Shown here: piece by piece, positions 27,235 through 38,376 of the stretch
Numbering within the stretch: position 1 is the first letter of the stretch
Layout: every line of letters begins with the position of its first letter
NCBI GenBank assembly: GCA_035379765.1
Contig: DAOSVX010000001.1
Coordinates: 1-39,812 of the forward strand
Length of the DNA stretch: 39,812 bases
Reading direction: 5' to 3'
Origin: Bacilli bacterium
Lineage (GTDB): Bacteria > Bacillota_I > Bacilli_A > RF39 > UBA660
Notes under the pieces: generated by a model
Database searches by the model: none
What the model was told of the DNA's origin: nothing
What the model saw: only the letters and a program-made list of their open reading frames with translations
Position numbers and translations under genes: made by a program

Positions 27235-29025
27235 TTAATTTTCAAATTGAGAATTGTATAATTCAGCATAAAAGCCATTCTGTTTAATTAACTCTTGATG
27301 ATTGCCTTGTTCTACTATATCGCCGTCTTTTAAAACTAATATTAGGTCAGCATTTTTAATAGTAGATAAACGATGAGCTATAATAAATGAGGTTCTGCCT
27401 TCAGTTAATTTATCCATCGCTTTTTGAACTAATTCTTCAGTTCTCGTATCAACTGATGATGTAGCTTCATCTAATATTAAAAGCGGCGCTTTTTCTAGCA
27501 TACTACGAGCAATAGTTAATAATTGCTTTTGACCGGAAGAAATGCTATCAGCATCATTTATAACGGTGTTATAACCTTTTGGTAAAGTCCTAATAAAATG
27601 ATCTAACCCAACTATTTGGCAAGCTTTTTCTACTTCTTTAAAAGTTATATTCTTTTGATTATAAATAATATTTTCTTTAATAGTTCCATTAAATAACCAA
27701 GTATCTTGTAATACCATCGAAAATAGTTCATGAATATTTTCTCTAGTTAAATCTTTTATAGAAATATTATCTATTTTTATATCTCCAGAATTAGTTTCAT
27801 AAAACTTCATAAGTAAATTTACTAAAGTAGTTTTACCCGCTCCAGTAGGTCCTACTATAGCTATTTTTTGACCAGATTTAATTTTTACATTAAAGTCTTT
27901 TATAATGGTTTTATTTTTATTGTAACCAAATTTAACATGTTCAAAAGAAATATTTCCTTTTACTTGGATTTTATCTAAGTTCTTTCTATCTTTCTCTATA
28001 GGCATTTCTTTTTCTTCTAAAAATTTAAAAACTCTTTCACTGGCAGCTGCAGCTGATTGCAGTTGAGTAGCTGCTTGAGCCATAGTTGTTAGAGGACTAG
28101 AAAATAATCTAACATAAATCATAAAAGCTACTATTGACCCAATACTTATCTTATTTTCTATTACTAACATAGCTCCTACTACACAAATAGCTACGTAACC
28201 AAAATTACCTATAAAAGCCATTATTGGATGCATTAAACCTGATAAAAATTGGCTTTTTTTAGAACTGATAAAAAGTTTTTTATTTATATCATCAAACTTT
28301 TTGTTAGCATCTTTCACACCGTTGTAGACTTTTACAACATTATGACCGGAATATATTTCTTCAATGTGCCCATTAATTCTTCCTAATTCATTTTGCTGAG
28401 TATTAAAGTATTTTTGGCTCTTCTTCATAATAATAGTCATTAGAATAAACCCAATAAAGGTAGAGAATATAGCTGTTAAAGCCATCATCCAATTATTAAT
28501 AAACATCATGATAATTACTCCAATAAATAAAACAATTGCTCCTACTAAAGATCCAATGCTATTATTCATTGTTTGACCTAATGTATCTACATCATTAGTA
28601 ACTCTAGATAAAACATCCCCATAAGTAGTATTATCAAAATATCTAAGAGGTAATTTATTTATTTTTTGAGCTATATTATTACGTAGCTCCTTCGTAAATT
28701 TATTAGTAACAGTTGCCATAATAAAGCCTTGTAAATAACCAAATATGCTACTTAACAGATAAATTATTATTAAAAAGATAGCCATATTAACTATTTTGGT
28801 AAAGTCTATACCACTTATTAAGCCATTTAATATTTCATTAGTAAAATCTTGAATTTTATCTGGACCAATAATTGTTAAAATAGAACTTAGTATCGCTAAA
28901 ACAATTGCTAAAGAAATTAGTTTAGAATAGCTATTTAAACTTTTAATTAATTTTTTTATAGAGTCTTTAAAATCTTTAGGCTTCTCAGCAATTTTGTTTA
29001 CAGACCCTTTACCAAAACTAGGCAT
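27235..29025 (-). CDS. ABC exporter half-transporter (TMD-NBD), partner 2 of a heterodimer
   Basis: 596 aa with Walker A GPTGAGKTT, Walker B LLILDEATSSVD and a deviant signature ISSGQKQLL. Confidence 0.9.
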   Translation of the reverse strand: MPSFGKGSVNKIAEKPKDFKDSIKKLIKSLNSYSKLISLAIVLAILSSILTIIGPDKIQDFTNEILNGLISGIDFTKIVNMAIFLIIIYLLSSIFGYLQGFIMATVTNKFTKELRNNIAQKINKLPLRYFDNTTYGDVLSRVTNDVDTLGQTMNNSIGSLVGAIVLFIGVIIMMFINNWMMALTAIFSTFIGFILMTIIMKKSQKYFNTQQNELGRINGHIEEIYSGHNVVKVYNGVKDANKKFDDINKKLFISSKKSQFLSGLMHPIMAFIGNFGYVAICVVGAMLVIENKISIGSIVAFMIYVRLFSSPLTTMAQAATQLQSAAAASERVFKFLEEKEMPIEKDRKNLDKIQVKGNISFEHVKFGYNKNKTIIKDFNVKIKSGQKIAIVGPTGAGKTTLVNLLMKFYETNSGDIKIDNISIKDLTRENIHELFSMVLQDTWLFNGTIKENIIYNQKNITFKEVEKACQIVGLDHFIRTLPKGYNTVINDADSISSGQKQLLTIARSMLEKAPLLILDEATSSVDTRTEELVQKAMDKLTEGRTSFIIAHRLSTIKNADLILVLKDGDIVEQGNHQELIKQNGFYAELYNSQFEN

Positions 29026-30775
29026 TTTCTAATTCCTCCTTACTTAATTGTGACAAAGCTATTTCTTTATAAACTTGGCAAGTTTTTAGTAAATCTTTAT
29101 GTTTACCTAATCCAACCATCTTGCCATTTTCTAAAACAACTATTTTATCAGCATTTATAATTGTTCCAATTCTTTGAGCTACTATTAAAATAGTAGCATC
29201 TTTTGTATATTGTTTTAATTCTTTACGAAGACTTAAATCAGTTTTATAATCTAAAGCCGAAAAAGAATCATCAAAAATATAAATTTCCGGGTTTTTGGTA
29301 ATTGCTCTAGCAATAGCTAATCTTTGTTTTTGCCCACCGGAAATATTTGTTCCACCTTGAGCAATATGCGATTTAAGTTTCTCAGGCATTTTACTAACAA
29401 AATCATACCCTTGAGCTACTTTTAATGATTCTATTATTTTATTTTTCTGAATGTTCTTCTTTGCTCCATAACTAATATTATACCCAACTGTTCCACTAAA
29501 CATAACTGCCTTTTGAGGAATATAGCCTAATTTACTATACAGATATTCTTGATTATATTCCCTAATATCTACTCCATCAACTAATATTGTTCCACTTGTT
29601 ACATCATAAAAACGCGGTATTAAATTTATTAAAGTTGATTTCCCACTACCAGTAGAACCAATAAAAGCTACTATTTCTCCTTTATTTATTTTAAAAGAAA
29701 TATTTTCTAGCATGCATTCTTCAGCATCAGGATATCTAAAAGAAACATCTACAAATTCTATTGTCCCTGTTTCTTTAGTAATATCTTTACTTATTTTTCC
29801 ATTTTTAATATTAATATTAGTATTTAATACTTCTAATATTCTTTTAGCTGAAACTGAAGCCCTAGGATATATAAAGAAAATCATAGCTAACATCATGAAA
29901 GCCATAACAACTTGCATAGCATATGCCGAAAAAACAACCATATTACTAAAAACATTTATTTTATCCATTAAATTAGCCGCTTCTATTAAATAAGCTCCAA
30001 TAAAATAAATAGATAAAGTTAGTCCTGACATAACTAAGTTCATTATAGGAGACATGGAAGCCATTAATCTTTGCGTAAATAAATTAGTATTAGTAAGTTC
30101 ATTATTAGCTTCATTAAATTTATTTTCTTGATAACTTTCCGCATTAAAAGCCCTTATTACTCTAATACCAGTTAAATTCTCCCTAGTTATTTTATTTAAA
30201 TTATCAGTTAAGCTCTGAATTTTTTTAAATTTAGGCATTACTAAGGTAACTAAGATGGTAATTAATGTTAACAATACTAAGGTAGCAATACCTGTAGCTA
30301 AACTCCATTGCCAGGCTTTACCAGCTATTTTATATATGGCCCAAACAGCTAATATCGGAGCTTTTATTATTAATTGCAACCCAATAGAAATAACTGTTTG
30401 AATTTGGGTAATATCATTAGTAGTTCTCGTTATTAAACTTCCTGTTGAAAATCTATTTATTTCTTCCATACCAAAGTCTAAAACTTTTTGAAACACATCT
30501 TTTCTAATCGTTTTAGATAACGTAGAAGCTATTGTAGCTGCAAAATAGCCAACTATAAAAGAAGACGTTAAACTTCCTAAAGCACATAATATCATTTTGC
30601 TTCCAGGAATTAAAACATCTTTAATAGTAGAACCTTTTTGTTGTAAAAAAGTAGTTATCTCTGTCATATAATCAGGTAATTTTAAATCTAAATATACTTG
30701 TCCAATTATAAAAATAGTACTACATAGTACTAATAACCATTCCTTTTTGCCTAATCTTTTTAGTAGTTTTATCAT
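29018..30775 (-). CDS. ABC exporter half-transporter (TMD-NBD), partner 1 of a heterodimer
   Basis: 585 aa with Walker A GSTGSGKST and a canonical signature ISGGQKQRL. Walker B is IYIFDDSFSALD, where the catalytic Glu is replaced by Asp. It overlaps its partner gene by 8 nt. Confidence 0.9.
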   Translation of the reverse strand: MIKLLKRLGKKEWLLVLCSTIFIIGQVYLDLKLPDYMTEITTFLQQKGSTIKDVLIPGSKMILCALGSLTSSFIVGYFAATIASTLSKTIRKDVFQKVLDFGMEEINRFSTGSLITRTTNDITQIQTVISIGLQLIIKAPILAVWAIYKIAGKAWQWSLATGIATLVLLTLITILVTLVMPKFKKIQSLTDNLNKITRENLTGIRVIRAFNAESYQENKFNEANNELTNTNLFTQRLMASMSPIMNLVMSGLTLSIYFIGAYLIEAANLMDKINVFSNMVVFSAYAMQVVMAFMMLAMIFFIYPRASVSAKRILEVLNTNINIKNGKISKDITKETGTIEFVDVSFRYPDAEECMLENISFKINKGEIVAFIGSTGSGKSTLINLIPRFYDVTSGTILVDGVDIREYNQEYLYSKLGYIPQKAVMFSGTVGYNISYGAKKNIQKNKIIESLKVAQGYDFVSKMPEKLKSHIAQGGTNISGGQKQRLAIARAITKNPEIYIFDDSFSALDYKTDLSLRKELKQYTKDATILIVAQRIGTIINADKIVVLENGKMVGLGKHKDLLKTCQVYKEIALSQLSKEELENA

Positions 30776-30873
30776 TTTAATACTCTCATTTCTTCATATT
30801 GATGTAAGCTAATTATACTACAAAAGATAAAACCATGGTATAATAAAAAGCATTAATTTTTAAAGGAGGATAA

Positions 30874-31389
30874 ATGAAACCGAAAATATTGAAAACAAGT
30901 AATATAGCAACTATGTTAACTTTTGATGATGGTAGTGGTAAAGAATTGATTATTAATTTTGCTGACAATCTTGACTTAACTTTTTCTTTAAGGTTAGTCG
31001 ATAAAAATGGTGATTTAACATTTACTATTTCCAAAAATGATGAGCAAATATTTTCTATATTTAATATTTTCTTTGATGAAATACTAAATTCTAAAGCAGA
31101 CCCTACCCTCGTTAAAGAAGGGACTATAACCTGGACTGATGACTATTCTCCAGAAAATAATGGCGAAGCCTTTACAATTGAAAAAATTGATGAAAATGCA
31201 TTTAAAATTACCTTTAAAAGAGCTGAAGGAACTAGAATAAAAAGAACAATCTCAGTTAGAATTGCCAATTCTGGATCAAGGTACAATTTATTTACTAGGT
31301 ATTTTATGAGCCTTTTTAAAAATTTAGCTAATTTTATTAATAGCTTACCAGAAGAAAATAATATTATATTAGAAAAAAAACCAGATTAA
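30874..31389 (+). CDS. Hypothetical protein
   Basis: 171 aa. An extended -10 (TGGTATAAT near 30834-30842) and the RBS AAAGGAGGA lie upstream. I recognise no family. Confidence 0.5.
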   Translation: MKPKILKTSNIATMLTFDDGSGKELIINFADNLDLTFSLRLVDKNGDLTFTISKNDEQIFSIFNIFFDEILNSKADPTLVKEGTITWTDDYSPENNGEAFTIEKIDENAFKITFKRAEGTRIKRTISVRIANSGSRYNLFTRYFMSLFKNLANFINSLPEENNIILEKKPD

Positions 31390-31396
31390 CTGGTTT

Positions 31397-31993
31397 TTAT
31401 TTTTTTATCTCGTTATATTTATCTATTAAAATTTTAAAATCATTTTGAGCATCTTTCATTAAATCAGGATTTCTTAAAAGAGCTGAAGGATGATAAGTAG
31501 CCATCATAAAAAAGTTTTTTCGATTATACCAAATACCATGTTCTTTAGTTATTTTAAAATTAGGATCGATAATAGTAGTTGCCGCAATACGACCAAGACA
31601 TACTATTATTTTTGGTTTAACTATTTTTACTTGTTCACGTAAATATTTTATACAAGTTAATCTATATTCGACCGAAGGATCGGCATTATTAGGGACTCGA
31701 CATTTAACTATATTAGCAATATAAACATTTTTTCTGTTAATACCCACATCTTTAAACATTTTATCAAGTAATTGACCTGATCTTCCTACAAAAGCATGAC
31801 CAGTTTCATCCTCTACTTGTCCAGGTCCTTCGCCAACAAACATAATATCAGCTCTAATATTACCTTCACCAAAAACAACATTTTTTCTTGTTTTGGACAA
31901 TGGACAATCTTCACAAGCTTCCGCTTCTTTTTTTAATTCCGCTAATCTTTTTGGCAAATTAGCCATTTCAACTTCGTTCTTCACCATTTTCAT
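31397..31993 (-). CDS. Uracil-DNA glycosylase, family 4
   Basis: 198 aa with the motifs GEGPGQVEDETGHAFVGRSGQLL and HPSALLRNP, plus an N-terminal CxxC, which are typical of family-4 UDG. Confidence 0.85.
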   Translation of the reverse strand: MKMVKNEVEMANLPKRLAELKKEAEACEDCPLSKTRKNVVFGEGNIRADIMFVGEGPGQVEDETGHAFVGRSGQLLDKMFKDVGINRKNVYIANIVKCRVPNNADPSVEYRLTCIKYLREQVKIVKPKIIVCLGRIAATTIIDPNFKITKEHGIWYNRKNFFMMATYHPSALLRNPDLMKDAQNDFKILIDKYNEIKK

Positions 31994-33731
31994 CTCTTAA
32001 TTCTTTTTCATATAAATTACGATATATTTTATTTTCTTTATATAATTCTTTATGAGTTCCATCCCCTACTATTTCGCCTTGATCGATTACTATAATTCTT
32101 TCACTATCAACAACTGTTGATAAACGATGAGCAATGATTAAAACTGTATAAACACCTTTAATATTATTAATAGCTTTTTGAATTTCTTTTTGAGTTTCGT
32201 TATCTAAAGAGCTTGTTGCTTCATCAAATAAGATTATTTCACTTTTTCTTAAAAGAGCTCTAGCAATAGCTAATCTTTGACGCTCACCACCCGATAACAT
32301 AACTCCACCTTCACCAATTAAGGTATCATATTTATTTGGTAAACTCATAATAAAATCATGTAAACAAGCTTGTTTACAAGCTTTAATAATTTCTTCATCT
32401 TTAGCTTTCTCATTAACTATTCTTAGATTCTCTTTAATAGAAAAATTAAATATATAAGGAGTTTGCGTAATTATAGTTATATTACTTCTAATGCTTTCTT
32501 CATCTAATTCATCAATGTTTACTCCATCTATTAAAATTTCTCCTTCATTAATATGATAAAGTTTAGTTAATAAACTAAATATAGTCGTTTTACCACTACC
32601 ACTTTTGCCTACAAAAGCCGTTGTTGTATTGGCTTTTATTTTAAAACTAAGGTCTTTAATTATCAATCTATTTTCATTATAGCCAAAAGCAACATTTTTG
32701 AATTCAAAATCCCCTTTTATTTTAGCTAAATGTTTATTACCAAATGTTTCTTGAGGATAATTTTCGGAGTCTAATAAAGCATAGACTCTTGTAGCCGAAA
32801 CATTAAATACTTTGATATTTTCCATTAAACGCGAAACACTATCTAGTAAAGAATATATTTTACTGCGATACATATATAAAATTACAAAACTAGTTGTGGA
32901 TAACATCGCATTTTTAGTTAGAAAGATGGCCAAAAAGATAAAAGCTAAATCGACAAAATCTTGAACTGACCCAGCATATAAGCGATAAGTATGAAACTTT
33001 CTATTTGTTTCATACATTTTATCTGTAGATTCAGTTAATTTTTTATTAACAATTTTAGTAACATTCTTGCTAGCATTTAAGACTTTTATATCTCTAAGAC
33101 CTCTAATTAATTCCGTAACTAGACCAGTATTAATCTCATTTAAACGATGATATTCTTTTTTAGTTTCAAACCATTGTTTCATTCTACTTTTTTTAAACCA
33201 AAATAAGATAACCATGGCTACAACAAAGAATATAAAGATATATTTGTTAACAATTAAAACTGCTATCAAAATACCAATATTAGTTATTATATCGGTTATA
33301 TTTGATCCAACATTAGCAATTGTCCCAGCTATTTCTTCAGTATCATTGGTTATACGATCAATAAAGACTCCTGAAGAATTAGTATCAATAACTTTTGTTT
33401 CAAATTTAAGAACCGTTTTAGAAACATCATTTTTTAAAAGAAATAAAGTTTTAACGAACAGTTTTTGATAATACTTTTGATCAACATATCTTACGATATT
33501 TCTAAATACTTCAACAACAAAAATAGCAATAGCTATATATATTAATTGATCTAATAAATTGTTAGATATTTTCAACAATGCTTGGGCAGCTAAAATAGGT
33601 GTTACTGCTCCAATAACACTTAATAATAAAGATCCTATAATATAAATAATTAATAGCTTTTTATTCTTCTTAACATATTTCCAAGTTTGTTTAAGATTTT
33701 TAAAAGTTTCGTTATTTTTCAAAGGAATCAC
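31968..33731 (-). CDS. ABC exporter (TMD-NBD, canonical motifs, probably homodimeric)
   Basis: 587 aa with GKSGSGKTT, LSGGERQRLAIARAL and ILFDEATSSLD. Confidence 0.9.
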   Translation of the reverse strand: MIPLKNNETFKNLKQTWKYVKKNKKLLIIYIIGSLLLSVIGAVTPILAAQALLKISNNLLDQLIYIAIAIFVVEVFRNIVRYVDQKYYQKLFVKTLFLLKNDVSKTVLKFETKVIDTNSSGVFIDRITNDTEEIAGTIANVGSNITDIITNIGILIAVLIVNKYIFIFFVVAMVILFWFKKSRMKQWFETKKEYHRLNEINTGLVTELIRGLRDIKVLNASKNVTKIVNKKLTESTDKMYETNRKFHTYRLYAGSVQDFVDLAFIFLAIFLTKNAMLSTTSFVILYMYRSKIYSLLDSVSRLMENIKVFNVSATRVYALLDSENYPQETFGNKHLAKIKGDFEFKNVAFGYNENRLIIKDLSFKIKANTTTAFVGKSGSGKTTIFSLLTKLYHINEGEILIDGVNIDELDEESIRSNITIITQTPYIFNFSIKENLRIVNEKAKDEEIIKACKQACLHDFIMSLPNKYDTLIGEGGVMLSGGERQRLAIARALLRKSEIILFDEATSSLDNETQKEIQKAINNIKGVYTVLIIAHRLSTVVDSERIIVIDQGEIVGDGTHKELYKENKIYRNLYEKELRDENGEERS

Positions 33732-33755
33732 CTAATTCATTATAACATAGTTATT

Positions 33756-34397
33756 TTAACTATTTTCGTTATTTATTTTATTAGCTATTACTTCTACTTG
33801 TTTTTCTACTTCTTTTAAACTTTTAGATGTATCTATTTCAAAATTAATATATTGTTTAGGAATTGTTTTTTTCCTTTTTTCCATATTTAAAAAAGTACTA
33901 ACACCAGCTCCAGAGTAATCGATGCTTTCATCACCATCAACATAGTAATCAGTTATTACTTTTCTATTTTTTTCTCTTTCTAAAACAATTTCTCTATCAC
34001 ATATTAATTTTATTATGTAATATTTAAGATGATATTTTTCTATTAAAGAAATTTTTTCTTTAAAATTATTAGCAACATTACCATCTATTATACAATTATT
34101 ACCATTTTTAATAGTTTCTTCAACTCGATAATTTTGTATTTTAGAAGTTAGTTTTTCCCTCTTTTCGGGATTATTAGGAAAACTGGTTCTATATATAAAC
34201 TGACGTATTTTATCTTTGCCTAATACTTTAATATCTAATTTTTTACTAAACATTTTAGCTACTGTGGATTTGCCCATCCCAGATATAGCATCAAACAAGA
34301 TTACATAAGGATGTTTTTTATTACCTTTAGAAATTGGATTATATTTTAAAAAGTAATTATATATTTCATCTTCAGTTTTCAAAAATTTATATTCCAT
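33756..34397 (-). CDS. P-loop kinase/ATPase-like protein (AAA_33 or zeta-toxin-like fold)
   Basis: 213 aa with Walker A ISGMGKST near residue 40. No further family assignment is possible. Confidence 0.55.
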   Translation of the reverse strand: MEYKFLKTEDEIYNYFLKYNPISKGNKKHPYVILFDAISGMGKSTVAKMFSKKLDIKVLGKDKIRQFIYRTSFPNNPEKREKLTSKIQNYRVEETIKNGNNCIIDGNVANNFKEKISLIEKYHLKYYIIKLICDREIVLEREKNRKVITDYYVDGDESIDYSGAGVSTFLNMEKRKKTIPKQYINFEIDTSKSLKEVEKQVEVIANKINNENS

Positions 34398-34434
34398 ATA
34401 ATTCTCCTTAATATTATTTTAACACCAAAAACTA

Positions 34435-36540
34435 CTAATTTTTAATTAGTAGTTTACCATTTTCATAATCAACCGTTATTTCCGAGTTAAATTTTATTTC
34501 GTCATTAACAATTTTATTAGCAATTGGTGTTTCAATGTTACGACTTACAAAACGCTTTAATGGTCTAGCTCCAAAAACTTCATCATAAGAAGAATCAACA
34601 ATATAATCTTTGGCTTTTTTAGTTAAAATTATTTTTAATTTTTTATCTTCCAAACGACTTTCTAAATCTTTAATAATTTTATCTAATATTTCATAAACAA
34701 CTTCTTTAGTTAGTGGTTTAAAGATAATTATTTCATCAATACGATTAATAAATTCTGGTTTAAAGGTTTTGTGTAATTCTTTCATTACCAAATCATTACT
34801 TTGATTATTTAAAATATATTCACTACCTAAATTAGAAGTCATAATTATAATCGTATTTTTAAAGTTTACAGTTCTACCTTGAGAGTCAGTAATTCTACCA
34901 TCATCCAATATTTGTAATAAGATATTAAAAACATCTTTATGAGCTTTTTCAATTTCATCAAATAAAACTATACTATAAGGATTCCTTCTTACCGCTTCCG
35001 TTAATTGTCCGCCTTCATCATAACCAACATACCCAGGAGGGGATCCAATTAGTCTAGATACTGAGAAACTTTCCATATATTCACTCATATCTATTCTAAC
35101 AATGTGTCTTTCATCATCAAAAAGTTCATAAGCGAGAGTTTTAGCCACTTCAGTTTTACCCACCCCAGTAGGCCCTAAAAAGATAAATGAACCAATTGGT
35201 CTATTAGGATCTTTAATACCCGCTCTAGCTCTTATAATGGCATCAGCGACTAATTTTATAGCTTCGTCTTGACCCTTAACTCTTTTTTGCATATTCTCTT
35301 CTAAGTGAAGTAATTTATCTTTTTCACTACCTACTAATTTTTGAATAGGAATATTAGTCCATTTAGAAATTATTTTCGCTATATCTTCTTCATCAACCAC
35401 ATCACTTAATATTTGGTTGCCATCTTCATTATGTAACTGTTGTAATTCTTTTTCTAATTCTGGTATAATGCCATGTCTTAATCTAGCTGCTTCTTCTAAA
35501 TTATATTCATTTTCCGCTTTGTCTAATTTAAATTTAGCATCTTCTAATTCTTCTTTTTTCTTCGTAATTTTTTCATTTATTTTCTTTTCATTTTCCCATT
35601 TATCACGAAGAGTTTTTTCTTTTGCTTTTAAATTAGATATTTGTTCATTTAATTCTTCAACTCTTTTTTTAGATATTTCATCATTATCTTTTTTTAATGC
35701 CTTTGCTTCTATTTCTTTTTGCATTATATCTCTTGTTAAAGTATCTATTTCCACAGGTACAGAATCTATCTGGACTTTAATCGTTGCGCAAGCTTCATCA
35801 ACTAAATCGATTGCTTTATCCGGCAAAAAACGATCTGTTATATATCTATCTGCTAAAGTAGCTGCTGCTACTAAAGCTCTATCTTTAATAGTTACACCAT
35901 GAAATAATTCAAAACGTTGTTTTAATCCTCTTAAAATAGTTATGGTATCAAAAACAGTTGGTTCTTTAACTAAAACTTTTTGGAATCTTCTTTCTAAAGC
36001 TCCATCTTTTTCAATATATTTCCGATATTCATTTAAAGTAGTGGCTCCAATACAATGAATTTCGCCACGAGCTAGTAAAGGTTTTAACATATTACCAGCA
36101 TCCATAGCTCCTTCCAAAGCCCCAGCACCAACTATTAAATGGATTTCATCTATAAACATAATAATTTCGCCATTACTATCTTGAACTTTTTTTAAGACCG
36201 CTTTTAATCTTTCTTCAAATTCACCACGATATTTAGCACCTGCTACTAAAGATCCCATATCTAATTCCCAGATTGTTTTATCTTTTAAACTATTAGGGAC
36301 ATCTCCTTTAACTATCCTTAAAGCTAAGCCTTCTACTATCGCTGTTTTACCTACTCCAGGTTCACCTATTAAAACTGGGTTGTTTTTGGTTTTACGAGAT
36401 AAAATACGCGTAATACTACGTATCTCTTCATCTCTGCCTATAACTGGATCAATTTTACCTGTTTTGGCTAATTCAACTATGTTTCTCCCATACTTTTCTA
36501 AAACATTTTCTAAATTTTCTTGGTAAGGATTTTCATTCAT
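34435..36540 (-). CDS. clpB: Chaperone ClpB lacking the N-terminal domain
   Basis: Two AAA+ modules (GEPGVGKTA and GPTGVGKTE) are separated by a long coiled-coil M-domain. The protein begins at the equivalent of about E. coli ClpB residue 145. The start is set at the ATG at 36540, with AAAGGTGG 8 nt upstream, whereas the ORF track uses the GTG at 36552. Confidence 0.88.
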   Translation of the reverse strand: MNENPYQENLENVLEKYGRNIVELAKTGKIDPVIGRDEEIRSITRILSRKTKNNPVLIGEPGVGKTAIVEGLALRIVKGDVPNSLKDKTIWELDMGSLVAGAKYRGEFEERLKAVLKKVQDSNGEIIMFIDEIHLIVGAGALEGAMDAGNMLKPLLARGEIHCIGATTLNEYRKYIEKDGALERRFQKVLVKEPTVFDTITILRGLKQRFELFHGVTIKDRALVAAATLADRYITDRFLPDKAIDLVDEACATIKVQIDSVPVEIDTLTRDIMQKEIEAKALKKDNDEISKKRVEELNEQISNLKAKEKTLRDKWENEKKINEKITKKKEELEDAKFKLDKAENEYNLEEAARLRHGIIPELEKELQQLHNEDGNQILSDVVDEEDIAKIISKWTNIPIQKLVGSEKDKLLHLEENMQKRVKGQDEAIKLVADAIIRARAGIKDPNRPIGSFIFLGPTGVGKTEVAKTLAYELFDDERHIVRIDMSEYMESFSVSRLIGSPPGYVGYDEGGQLTEAVRRNPYSIVLFDEIEKAHKDVFNILLQILDDGRITDSQGRTVNFKNTIIIMTSNLGSEYILNNQSNDLVMKELHKTFKPEFINRIDEIIIFKPLTKEVVYEILDKIIKDLESRLEDKKLKIILTKKAKDYIVDSSYDEVFGARPLKRFVSRNIETPIANKIVNDEIKFNSEITVDYENGKLLIKN

Positions 36541-36594
36541 ATTACCAACCACCTTTTATTATCAGGTAAATTATATCATACAAAAATAAATTCG

Positions 36595-37506
36595 TTAATA
36601 TTTTCTCTGGTAAACCTTATTTGATTCAAATGGTTGTTCACCAGCTTTTAATGTGTATATAGTTTTAGCTCTATCGTGTACTCCGTTTTTAACTATTATC
36701 TTTTCGCTGGTTATCAACATTTCTATTCCTTCAGGAAGTATATTATAAACTTCTATTTTAGAAAATATCTTCCTTAACAATTGATCCACATTATAATCTG
36801 TTGATAGTTCCACTAAGCCATTATATTTTACTATTCCTGGCAACATTAGACTTAATATTCCTTCAAATTTTAGTATTTCACCTTGAGTGTAACCGTATTG
36901 TTTTAATAATTCTATCCACCAATTTATTGCATATTGCATCATTTTATTAAATTCATCTTCAGCTTGCTCTAAGTTAACTGTGTAAAGTTTTTCTTTAAAA
37001 GAATTAAAAACGGCAAATCTACCATATTCCCATGAATAATAAGATTCTAAACTTCTTAAAATACCAAAATTATTAATAGATGATGGGGAAAACCATTTAT
37101 TAACAATTCGTATTTTTTTGGCTTTTTCCATATCACTTAAATTTTCATCAATTAATATTTTTTTTATTATATTTTCCAATATTCGCGAAATAAAAGTAGA
37201 AAAATAACCGAAATTAGTACTTTCAGTATAATTAAAATCTTTTATAGATCTTTTTACAAGTTTTGATAACTCTAATATATCTAATCTATTAACAGCTATA
37301 TTTTTTAGATATAAAACTAAAAATACTATTTCTTCTATTAAATCATCAATTGATATTAAACAATTATTTTGGCATTTTCTTCTTGCAGCACGTCTTTTGC
37401 GATTTATTAATTTTTGAGATTCAAGCATTGAATCTGATAATGCTTTTGATACATAATTAGCTATTTCTAGTTTATGCTTTTCAGACATTATTCCTTTTGC
37501 TTCCAT
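36595..37506 (-). CDS. Hypothetical protein
   Basis: 303 aa, with no recognisable motifs. Confidence 0.5.
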   Translation of the reverse strand: MEAKGIMSEKHKLEIANYVSKALSDSMLESQKLINRKRRAARRKCQNNCLISIDDLIEEIVFLVLYLKNIAVNRLDILELSKLVKRSIKDFNYTESTNFGYFSTFISRILENIIKKILIDENLSDMEKAKKIRIVNKWFSPSSINNFGILRSLESYYSWEYGRFAVFNSFKEKLYTVNLEQAEDEFNKMMQYAINWWIELLKQYGYTQGEILKFEGILSLMLPGIVKYNGLVELSTDYNVDQLLRKIFSKIEVYNILPEGIEMLITSEKIIVKNGVHDRAKTIYTLKAGEQPFESNKVYQRKY

Positions 37507-37605
37507 TATTTTGCTCCTTTAAACTAATAATGGTTTATTATAACAAAAAACGAGGAGCGTTTCCACTTTTGTTTTCTCTTTCATTAATATAATTATCTTT
37601 TTTAT

Positions 37606-38160
37606 TTAAGTATTTTTAGCAAATATATATTTTTCTAATTCTAACCAATTATCTACCCTATCAATATCAGTATTTTTATTTTCATTACTAATAGACGTAA
37701 ATAAAAGCACTTTTATATTATTTTCTTTAACTTTGTCTAATACATTAATTGAATCATCAATCATAATATCTATGTTATTATCCAAGCAAGCTTTAACTTT
37801 GTCTAATTTATTAAACACTATTTTATCAACTTCAATATTATGTTTTTTTAAATATTCTTTGGTAATTTTGGGTATATCATCTTTAAACTTTGTATAACCC
37901 CTAGCAGTAATTATTATTACTTTATTACCAGTTTTTCTTAATTTATCAATTACCTTTTTAACATCTTTTTTTAAAAGACAGTTTGTTAAAATTTTACCTA
38001 GATGGATATTATAAAATTTAAATAATTCGCCCTTTATCTCACCGTTTAATATCTCTCTTACAATGTTATCATCATTGATTTTAAAATATTTTTTAGCATA
38101 TTCAAGCATTGCTTCACTTGAACAAGTCATTGTATCATCTATATCTATTCCTATTGTCAT
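37606..38160 (-). CDS. HAD-superfamily hydrolase (5'(3')-nucleotidase-like)
   Basis: 184 aa with the N-terminal motif IGIDIDDTMT (DxDxT) and a later IITARG / MIDDS pattern. Confidence 0.65.
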   Translation of the reverse strand: MTIGIDIDDTMTCSSEAMLEYAKKYFKINDDNIVREILNGEIKGELFKFYNIHLGKILTNCLLKKDVKKVIDKLRKTGNKVIIITARGYTKFKDDIPKITKEYLKKHNIEVDKIVFNKLDKVKACLDNNIDIMIDDSINVLDKVKENNIKVLLFTSISNENKNTDIDRVDNWLELEKYIFAKNT

Positions 38161-38180
38161 TTAATTCACCTAGTAAAATT

Positions 38181-38214
38181 GTAACAAAAAACAAGTATAA
38201 ATACTACTTGTTTT
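38181..38214 (-). terminator. Intrinsic-terminator-like hairpin downstream of the HD-domain gene and small ORF
   Basis: On the minus strand, AAAACAAGTA-GTATTTA-TACTTGTTTT (10-bp stem) is followed by TTG. Confidence 0.5.
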
Positions 38215-38376
38215 ATTCCATATCATAACAACTATATCCACCCTCGTTAGAATAAGTACTCGGCCATCCTAAGGCTAAAGCGCATTCTTTTAACATAGTT
38301 ACATCTATATCCTGCTCCACACCATTTTCTGAAACTGTAGCAAAACAATATATAAAACAAATTCCTAGGATTACCA

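Noticed and set aside
6962-35902. Antisense shadow ORFs lie inside larger genes: 6962..7282, 10139..10345, 10977..11207, 12213..12542, 13098..13307, 13678..13884 and 14468..14707. The same applies to 16168..16539, 18955..19248, 22603..22941, 25584..25892, 26771..27040, 29712..29993, 30813..31034, 33214..33468 and 35417..35902.
   Set aside because: Each lies wholly or mostly inside a longer opposite-strand gene that has clear family motifs. Their translations are low-complexity (F/L/S/I-rich) and lack RBSs.
38213-38296. The small ORF MLKECALALGWPSTYSNEGG|YSCYDME could be a double-glycine-leader substrate of the C39 exporter at the left edge
   Set aside because: The residues before GG do not fit the LSxxELxxIxGG leader consensus. 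The ORF is also 37 kb from the exporter and embedded in an unrelated operon.
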